Assembly: GCA_014382015.1 (NCBI GenBank)
Contig: JACNKN010000055.1
Coordinates: 3,268 to 67,267 of the forward strand
Source of the DNA: Fidelibacterota bacterium
GTDB taxonomy: Bacteria > Fidelibacterota > Marinisomatia > Marinisomatales > TCS55
Direction of reading: 5' to 3'
Length of the DNA stretch: 64,000 nucleotides
Part shown: positions 57,822 to 64,000 of the stretch, piece by piece
Layout: every line of letters starts with the position of its first letter
Position numbering within the stretch: position 1 is the stretch's first letter
Notes under the pieces: generated by a model
The model's database searches: none
Seen by the model: the letters and a program-made list of their open reading frames with translations, nothing else
Told to the model about the DNA's origin: nothing
Made by a program: the position numbers and the translations under genes

Positions 57822-59699
57822 ATGATTACATACTTGAAGACAATAATCCTAATTGGCATTTTTTCTACTGCCAATCTCTGGGGACAATTTGAAAACCCAG
57901 TCACTCTTTCAGCTCACGCAGAATCTTCTGTTCGTGCTGGAGAAGTTGTGAATATTATCGTTACAGCAGAAATGGATGCGGAGTGGAAAGTGTATGCACT
58001 ACGTGACCAAGGTGAAGGGCCAATTGCAACTCAAGTTGTGGTTACGGGTGATCCGATTCATGAGTCAGGTTTAGTTTTAGAAGATGAACCGATTGAAAAG
58101 TATGATGAAGGATTTTTAACCAATACCCGCACCCATCAAGGCGGTGCCGTTTTTACAGCGCCTGTTTTATTAAAATCTGATCTGGCCCCCGGTACTTATG
58201 ATTTATCTGTAAATGTCCTTTTCCAAGTTTGCAATGCATCCCTGTGTTATCCACCCAAAGAAGACGTTTTATCTGTGTCCATAATTGTTGAAGCAGGGGA
58301 AACCAGAGATGACCATACTAATATTGTTTTAGTTTCAGACGTGCTAGACGATTATGGAAACATCAATCTGGATGCGGCCATTGATGAAGGATTTTTCTCT
58401 TTTATTATACTGGCATTCTCTATGGGTCTGTTGGCTCTGCTTACACCTTGTGTATTTCCCATGATTCCAATTACCGTTTCCTTTTTTACGCATCAAGGGG
58501 AAAAAGGCGAGGGTAAACCCATTACGAATGCAATCATTTATACCTTAGGGATTATTGCTACATTTTCTATCTTGGGCTTTATTTTGGCATTGACGCTTGG
58601 CGCATCGGGCGCGAACCAGTTAGCTGCGAATCCATGGGTGAATATATTTATAGCAGCCTTATTTACGTATTTTGCTTTGTCTCTTTTCGGGATGTACGAA
58701 ATTGAACTTCCATCATCATTGCGCCAATATTCCTTGAAACAAGAGGGACGTGGCGGTGTCATGGGTACTTTATTCATGGCAGTAACATTTACGCTCACTA
58801 GCTTTACGTGTACGGTTCAATTTGTAGGACTTCTTTTGGTCGCCGCTGCTCAAGGCCAATGGTTTTGGCCCATGATCGGCATGGTTGTTTTTAGTGCTGC
58901 ATTTGCATTGCCATTTTTCTTTTTGGCTCTTTTCCCTCAATATTTAGCTAAAATGCCCAAATCCGGTGGTTGGTTAAATTCGGTTAAGGTTGTTATGGGC
59001 TTTTTGGAATTAGCAGCTGCGTTCAAATTCATTAGCAATACAGATTTAGTTTGGGGTTGGGGATTTTTCTCTCATAATACGGTATTGGCTGTTTGGGCAG
59101 TATTGATGCTTATGACAGGTATTTATCTTCTGGGAAAAATTCAATTACCTCATGATTCGCCCATGACCTCCATCAGTGTGCCTAGGCTTATGTTAAGTAC
59201 AGCATTTTTGACATTCGGGTTGTATCTTACATCCGGATTATTTGGGCAAAGAATTCATGGCTTAATATATTCCTATTTACCGCCAATAGTTGAGAGTGAA
59301 TCAGGCGCAGTGCGGACAAACGGTGCATCTATGGCGGAGGAATTCAATTGGTATCGAAATTTGGATGAAGGACTTGCGGAAGCGAGGGCAACAGGTAAAT
59401 CAGTATTTATTGATTTTACAGGATATACCTGCACAAATTGCCGATGGATGGAAGCCAATACATTTACGAAGACTGAAGTAAAACATCGATTTGGTGAAAT
59501 GATTTTGGTACAGCTTTATACAGATGGAGGTCCGAACCATCGGGAAAACCAGCAATATGAAATCGATCGATTCGGGACGGCAGCATTGCCTTATTATGTC
59601 ATTTTAAGTCCCGACGATGAAGTCATAACCACATTCCCAGGAATGACTCGAAGCCTCGATGATTTTTTGGATTTTTTGGATAAAGGATTAGCAGGATAG
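57822..59699 (+). CDS. dsbD: thiol:disulfide interchange protein DsbD
   Basis: N-terminal DsbD-alpha-like domain (CNASLCYPP). Central TM core (LTPCVFPMIP, FTCT). C-terminal thioredoxin-like CTNC. Confidence 0.85.
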   Translation: MITYLKTIILIGIFSTANLWGQFENPVTLSAHAESSVRAGEVVNIIVTAEMDAEWKVYALRDQGEGPIATQVVVTGDPIHESGLVLEDEPIEKYDEGFLTNTRTHQGGAVFTAPVLLKSDLAPGTYDLSVNVLFQVCNASLCYPPKEDVLSVSIIVEAGETRDDHTNIVLVSDVLDDYGNINLDAAIDEGFFSFIILAFSMGLLALLTPCVFPMIPITVSFFTHQGEKGEGKPITNAIIYTLGIIATFSILGFILALTLGASGANQLAANPWVNIFIAALFTYFALSLFGMYEIELPSSLRQYSLKQEGRGGVMGTLFMAVTFTLTSFTCTVQFVGLLLVAAAQGQWFWPMIGMVVFSAAFALPFFFLALFPQYLAKMPKSGGWLNSVKVVMGFLELAAAFKFISNTDLVWGWGFFSHNTVLAVWAVLMLMTGIYLLGKIQLPHDSPMTSISVPRLMLSTAFLTFGLYLTSGLFGQRIHGLIYSYLPPIVESESGAVRTNGASMAEEFNWYRNLDEGLAEARATGKSVFIDFTGYTCTNCRWMEANTFTKTEVKHRFGEMILVQLYTDGGPNHRENQQYEIDRFGTAALPYYVILSPDDEVITTFPGMTRSLDDFLDFLDKGLAG

Positions 59700-59703
59700 A
59701 AAG

Positions 59704-60294
59704 ATGATTAAAATGAGAATAGTTTTATTGATGACGATTTTGATTGCATTGGGTTGCGGTCAAAAAGAAAAAATGAAGGAAGCCACCCGGCCAAGCGAAA
59801 TTGTAAACAAAATGGTTGGAGGGAATAAAGAAAAGCGTCCGGATTACGCCATCAAAGCACCAGATTTTACACTTCGCACGGTTCAAGGTGATTTATTCAA
59901 ATTGAGTGAAAACCGGGGTAAAGTAATCATGCTAAACTTCTGGGGAACATGGTGTGGCCCTTGCCGTAGAGAAATTCCTGATTTTAATAAATTGCACGCG
60001 AAATATCAAAAAGATGGTCTGGAAATTGTGGGTGTGACACTCACGTCCGGTTCACCTGAAAATATCCTCGACTTTATGAAAGACTGGGACATGGAATACA
60101 CGGTACTCACAGATATTGATAATAATGAAACGCAAGAGGTGACCAGCATTTATGGCCGCGCAATCGGTAAACCGATTACTGGAATTCCTACAACATTAAT
60201 TATTGATCAATTTGGATATATAGTGAAGGGGTATATCGGTCCCAGGACTGAAGAAATATTTTTCAAGGATTTAGAGCCACTCCTTTCTTCTTAA
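59704..60294 (+). CDS. TlpA/ResA-like periplasmic thiol-disulfide oxidoreductase, lipoprotein
   Basis: Lipobox ALGC. NFWGTWCGPCRREIP. Confidence 0.85.
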   Translation: MIKMRIVLLMTILIALGCGQKEKMKEATRPSEIVNKMVGGNKEKRPDYAIKAPDFTLRTVQGDLFKLSENRGKVIMLNFWGTWCGPCRREIPDFNKLHAKYQKDGLEIVGVTLTSGSPENILDFMKDWDMEYTVLTDIDNNETQEVTSIYGRAIGKPITGIPTTLIIDQFGYIVKGYIGPRTEEIFFKDLEPLLSS

Positions 60295-60570
60295 AAATCC
60301 GTAAGTATTTTTCTTGTGAATTCTTACATTGAACCATTTTTCAATCCTTCGATCCACAATTTTCACATTTCATAGTGAATAAGAATTATACTATTCCCTT
60401 ATTCGTCTTTCCCAATTATGAAGAAGATATACTTGGCCACACCGAAGGGCAGGCGGCGATGGGGATGTAATTAATAATGTTCGTATCCGATTAGAATACA
60501 ATTGAGATTATGACAGCGTTAACCACAATATTTAACCCCCTGAATCCCCCACAATTTTAGGAATGAATAA

Positions 60571-63498
60571 ATGAAATTCTTTTTTCTACTTTTTGCACTG
60601 AATTTTTCTTCTGTATTTTCAGGTGATTACTGGCAGCAGTTTGTCCATTATCAAATGGATGTAAAATTGGATACGACAGCTCACACAATCGGTGGCCATT
60701 CAACAATCAAATACATTAATAATTCTCCTGATTCATTGAATCATATTTATATTAATCTCTATGCCAATGCGTTCCAGGAGGGGACAGTTAAACACCGTGA
60801 ATATTTAGCTGGTTTAGGACGTGGAAGTCGAGGTAAACGGTTTAAAAAGGGGATGGATAAATATCTCAGTAATTATGATATCACCCATTTCAGTATTAAC
60901 CAATCAAGTACTGCTTTATCAGATACATTTAAAATTGACGATACGATTCTCACATCTGAACTAATAATACCATTGGCACCCGAAGATTCATTAATCATCG
61001 AATTGAAATGGGTGCATCATGTGGGTGAATTCTCAGAACGGGCGGGTAGAATCGGTGAACAATATAATTTTGCCCATTGGTATCCAAAAATGGTTGTATA
61101 TGATGAAAATGGCTGGTTCAATGAACCATTCCACGCGGAGGGTGAATTCTATGGTGAATTTGGTACTTACGATGTGACCATGGATGTACCCAAAGGATAT
61201 ATCATTGGTGCCACAGGTGAGGTTTCAAATGGAGATCCAGGGTGGGAAGAAGTGAAAGTGGATACCAGTCAAAAATTTTCAGATTGGCTAAAAGAATTCA
61301 AAAAGAATCGCATTGAATATGATACTACAGAAAGACGTGTCGTATCTTTTCATGCAGAACAGGTGCATGACTTTGCCTGGGTAACCACACCCAACTTTTT
61401 ATATGAAAGTGGCGAATGGAATGGGGTTACAGTCCATGCCTTGTTCAACCAGAAGAATGGAAAAAAGTGGACGAAGAAAGCAGTGGCACGAACTGAACGT
61501 GCCATCCAATGGCTCAGTACAAAATTTGGCATGTACCCTTATCCTCAAGTAACCAATACAGATCGCCTTGCTGGGGGAGGTATGGAATATCCTATGCTGG
61601 TTATGGACAGCAGCGAATCAGAGGGTCTTATTCTACATGAAGTTGGACACATTTGGTTTTACGGCATCCTTGCCAATAATGAAGTGCGTGAAGCCTGGAT
61701 GGACGAGGGATTTACATCCTTCCAAACACGATGGTATATGATGGATCGGTACGGTGACCACGGTTTTGATCTGGAGGAGAGTAAGCGATATAAAGATTGG
61801 CAGAAAAAATATTGGCGATTTAATCGTTCTCTCAGTAGTTCCCAATGGGGGATGATTGGATTTATGGCCAGCGGTCAGGATGAACCCATCAGTCGATCGA
61901 CCTATATGTTTAAAGGCAGTCGGGCTGCCGGTGCCAATGCCTACACGAAACCATCACTTTTGCTGGATGAGTTGAAATATATTTTAGGCGAAGAAACGTA
62001 CACAAAAGGAATGCAGGAATATTTCCGCCGATGGAAATTGAAACATACAAATGAAAAAAGATTTATTGATGCTATGGAAGATGTGAGTGGCCAGGACTTG
62101 GACTGGTTTTTTCGTCCATGGCTCCATGATACGCGTCTATTGGATTACGGCATCAAAGGATGGGAGAAAAGGAAGAAATCAAACGGCACCTGGGATGTGA
62201 CTCTGAACATCGTCCGAAAAGGGAATCGAGATATGCCTCAATTGGTGGAAACCACGCTTAATAATGGGACTAAACATCGAATTTGGTGGACGAACCATAA
62301 ATTCCGGACAAGCGATTCTTTTACATATAATGTACCCAACGAACCTAAATCAGCCACGCTGGACCCCGATGCTCAATCCATGGATATTGACTATCGCAAT
62401 AATTTTACTGGTCGGATGCCATCAGAAAAAATGTTTTATCGCCCTGGTATGCGGTACATTCCCAGAAACCGTGCTCTAAAGCAATGGCACCCAACCGTTC
62501 ATTATTTAGAAGCAGATGGCTATATGCCCGGGGTTCGGTTAAGGAAATCATATGGGTTACAGACTTATGTGGAAACCGATTTAAATGTAGGTGTAGAAAC
62601 AGGAAACCTATTTTGGAAAGTATCCGGGTGGAATCGAGACTTATTTAAGGGGATGGACAAAAATTATTTCCACGCATATAATTTGGGTGGTGTGAGTGGA
62701 TATGGTTTGAATTCTGAAAAAAGGCTGAATGCCATCAATCCGATTTATGGTATTAATAGGGTTGAATCAGGATTTTATGTGACTCATGCGGTGGATCCAA
62801 GTAGAAACAATTTATACGATGAAGGAAAAACGGTCATTTTCTTCACCAAGCTAAACGCTTACTTAGGACCTATTTCTAATTTAGTCGTATTTGATTTTGC
62901 CCCCGGCGGTATATCCGATTGGACTTTCAGCCGATTAACCATTACAGAATCATTTGATCAAAGTTTTGGATTGTTCGGTGCAAGGTTTAGAGGTATCTAT
63001 GGAAGAGTGTGGGCCGATGATAAAGGTGTCCCGAGTCAGGAGAGATACACGGTAGAAGGTGCAGGATCAGGTACGCATTATGAAAAACCATATTTGAGGG
63101 ATGAATCCAGTTTTTATGGTAATACAAACTTTAGGAATAAATACCATTTAGCCGGTGATGCCAATCTTAGAGCTTTTGCAAATCAGGGATTTATAGGGAC
63201 CGAAAATATATTTACAACGACTTTGGAAGGCTATTTAACGAAATCCCTTTTTGGGGTTAAATTCGAACTGGCCGCATTCCTGGATGCGGGGACACTCTCA
63301 GGGTCAAAGTTTACGGTTGGTGATTATGGATTCAGCAATACATCTCTCCTAGATTATGGAGTGGGAATCCGATTGTCCAAAACTGTATTCGGTCAACCGC
63401 TATATTTTCGGATTGATAAACCCGTGAAGGCAACCATTGACGGAGAATCAATTGAAGGAATGAATGATTGGGTTTTCAGTTTTCAAAAGAGCATTTAA
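60571..63498 (+). CDS. secreted M1-family zinc metallopeptidase with a beta-rich C-terminal extension of about 330 aa
   Basis: Signal peptide. HEVGHIWFYG (HEXXH) plus WMDEGF (third Zn ligand). Residues from about 640 to 975 are strand-like and end ...LDYGVGIRLSKTVFGQPLYFRIDKPV...WVFSFQKSI. Confidence 0.8.
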   Translation: MKFFFLLFALNFSSVFSGDYWQQFVHYQMDVKLDTTAHTIGGHSTIKYINNSPDSLNHIYINLYANAFQEGTVKHREYLAGLGRGSRGKRFKKGMDKYLSNYDITHFSINQSSTALSDTFKIDDTILTSELIIPLAPEDSLIIELKWVHHVGEFSERAGRIGEQYNFAHWYPKMVVYDENGWFNEPFHAEGEFYGEFGTYDVTMDVPKGYIIGATGEVSNGDPGWEEVKVDTSQKFSDWLKEFKKNRIEYDTTERRVVSFHAEQVHDFAWVTTPNFLYESGEWNGVTVHALFNQKNGKKWTKKAVARTERAIQWLSTKFGMYPYPQVTNTDRLAGGGMEYPMLVMDSSESEGLILHEVGHIWFYGILANNEVREAWMDEGFTSFQTRWYMMDRYGDHGFDLEESKRYKDWQKKYWRFNRSLSSSQWGMIGFMASGQDEPISRSTYMFKGSRAAGANAYTKPSLLLDELKYILGEETYTKGMQEYFRRWKLKHTNEKRFIDAMEDVSGQDLDWFFRPWLHDTRLLDYGIKGWEKRKKSNGTWDVTLNIVRKGNRDMPQLVETTLNNGTKHRIWWTNHKFRTSDSFTYNVPNEPKSATLDPDAQSMDIDYRNNFTGRMPSEKMFYRPGMRYIPRNRALKQWHPTVHYLEADGYMPGVRLRKSYGLQTYVETDLNVGVETGNLFWKVSGWNRDLFKGMDKNYFHAYNLGGVSGYGLNSEKRLNAINPIYGINRVESGFYVTHAVDPSRNNLYDEGKTVIFFTKLNAYLGPISNLVVFDFAPGGISDWTFSRLTITESFDQSFGLFGARFRGIYGRVWADDKGVPSQERYTVEGAGSGTHYEKPYLRDESSFYGNTNFRNKYHLAGDANLRAFANQGFIGTENIFTTTLEGYLTKSLFGVKFELAAFLDAGTLSGSKFTVGDYGFSNTSLLDYGVGIRLSKTVFGQPLYFRIDKPVKATIDGESIEGMNDWVFSFQKSI

Positions 63499-63551
63499 TA
63501 AAATCCCTTTCTAAGGAACCTTCAACAATTGATTGCATTCAAGGGAGCATT

Positions 63552-64000
63552 ATGAAACAAAGGAAAAAAATGAAAAAAATATTATTTATGATTTTTTTGG
63601 TTGGAACGCTTTCCGCCCAAAATTCAATTTTAAAACAATTTAGTGATGCGTTTGCCGATATTGCGGAAAAAGCAAACCCAGCCGTTGTGACCATTTTAAC
63701 TGAGAAAAAAGTGGATCTCAACCAACTCCACGGTCAGTTGCCTCAGGATAATGATTTTTTTAAGTTTTTTGCTCCACGTATGCCCAGACAACGTGAATAT
63801 AAATCAACAGCCCTTGGCTCAGGTGTGATTGTTAATTCTCGGAAAGGATATGTGATTACCAATAATCATGTGGTGGACGATATGGATGAAATCACCGTTC
63901 GATTACTGGATAAGACCGAGTATAAAGCTACAGTTGTTGGACGTGATCCCAAATCAGATTTAGCCGTGTTGCAAATTGAAGCACGGGGCCTCACGGATTT
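63552..64000 (+). CDS. HtrA/DegP-family serine protease (3' end truncated by the window edge)
   Basis: Not in the ORF track because there is no stop in the window. ATG at 63552 is preceded by aagggag. Signal peptide. GSGVIV...GYVITNNHVV (catalytic His) and KSDLAVLQI (catalytic Asp). Confidence 0.8.
   Translation, partial: MKQRKKMKKILFMIFLVGTLSAQNSILKQFSDAFADIAEKANPAVVTILTEKKVDLNQLHGQLPQDNDFFKFFAPRMPRQREYKSTALGSGVIVNSRKGYVITNNHVVDDMDEITVRLLDKTEYKATVVGRDPKSDLAVLQIEARGLTD

Noticed and set aside
60418-60474. An 18-codon mini-ORF (MKKIYLATPKGRRRWGCN) in the 276-nt leader of the M1 peptidase gene could be a leader peptide.
   Set aside because: It has no obvious ribosome-binding site and no associated attenuator structure that I can see, and I cannot assess its conservation. 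An ORF this short is expected by chance.
1-64000. Search for tRNA, rRNA, tmRNA and SRP RNA genes in the intergenic gaps.
   Set aside because: By eye I found no T-loop (ggttcgaatc-like) or acceptor-stem pattern, no tmRNA tag frame and no SRP domain IV motif in any gap longer than 60 nt. A tRNAscan or Rfam run would be needed to be certain.

Overview
This is an AT-rich, almost fully coding bacterial chromosomal segment, with most genes on the + strand. All calls come from reading motifs in the supplied translations and the DNA by eye; no searches were run. The bulk is housekeeping: tsaE-tsaB-rimI-accD-surE-guaA, glmS, pgeF, uppP, holA, yajC-def-fmt-rsmB, hflX, pyrF/pyrE and dsbD. A PorX-type REC-PglZ regulator, a BatA-N/vWA membrane protein, many TPR lipoproteins, OMP-like barrels and weak Shine-Dalgarno usage suggest a diderm of the FCB superphylum; this is an inference. 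I recognised no rRNA, tRNA, CRISPR array, transposase or integrase.

Accessory or unusual content:
- (1) 23.1-34.0 kb: a ten-gene glycoconjugate locus. It pairs a polyprenyl-phosphate-type GT2 with a YfhO-family GT-C, a Wzx-type flippase, a CDP-alcohol phosphatidyltransferase and three methyltransferases. It has no recognisable Wzy, Wzz or priming transferase.
- (2) 35.15-37.5 kb: a small islet with two type II toxin-antitoxin modules (RelE/ParE+RHH and VapBC), embedded in two families of hairpin-bearing repeats.
- (3) 50.9-53.8 kb: a visibly GC-richer AAA-ATPase/DUF4143 gene, a HigBA-like module and a GNAT gene. A 65-bp internal piece of the GNAT gene is duplicated about 0.95 kb away.
- (4) 53.8-54.4 kb: a 600-bp non-coding gap with nested perfect inverted repeats.
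- (5) A four-helix-bundle (Avd/23S-IVS-like) gene wedged between pyrF and pyrE.
- (6) An M1 metallopeptidase with a long beta-rich C-terminal extension.
- (7) A CHASE2 nucleotide cyclase coupled to an unknown 199-aa protein, next to the PorX-type regulator.

I cannot demonstrate a complete novel multi-gene system from the sequence alone. The repeat-embedded TA islet, the ATPase/HigBA/GNAT junction and the glycan locus are the best candidates for follow-up.
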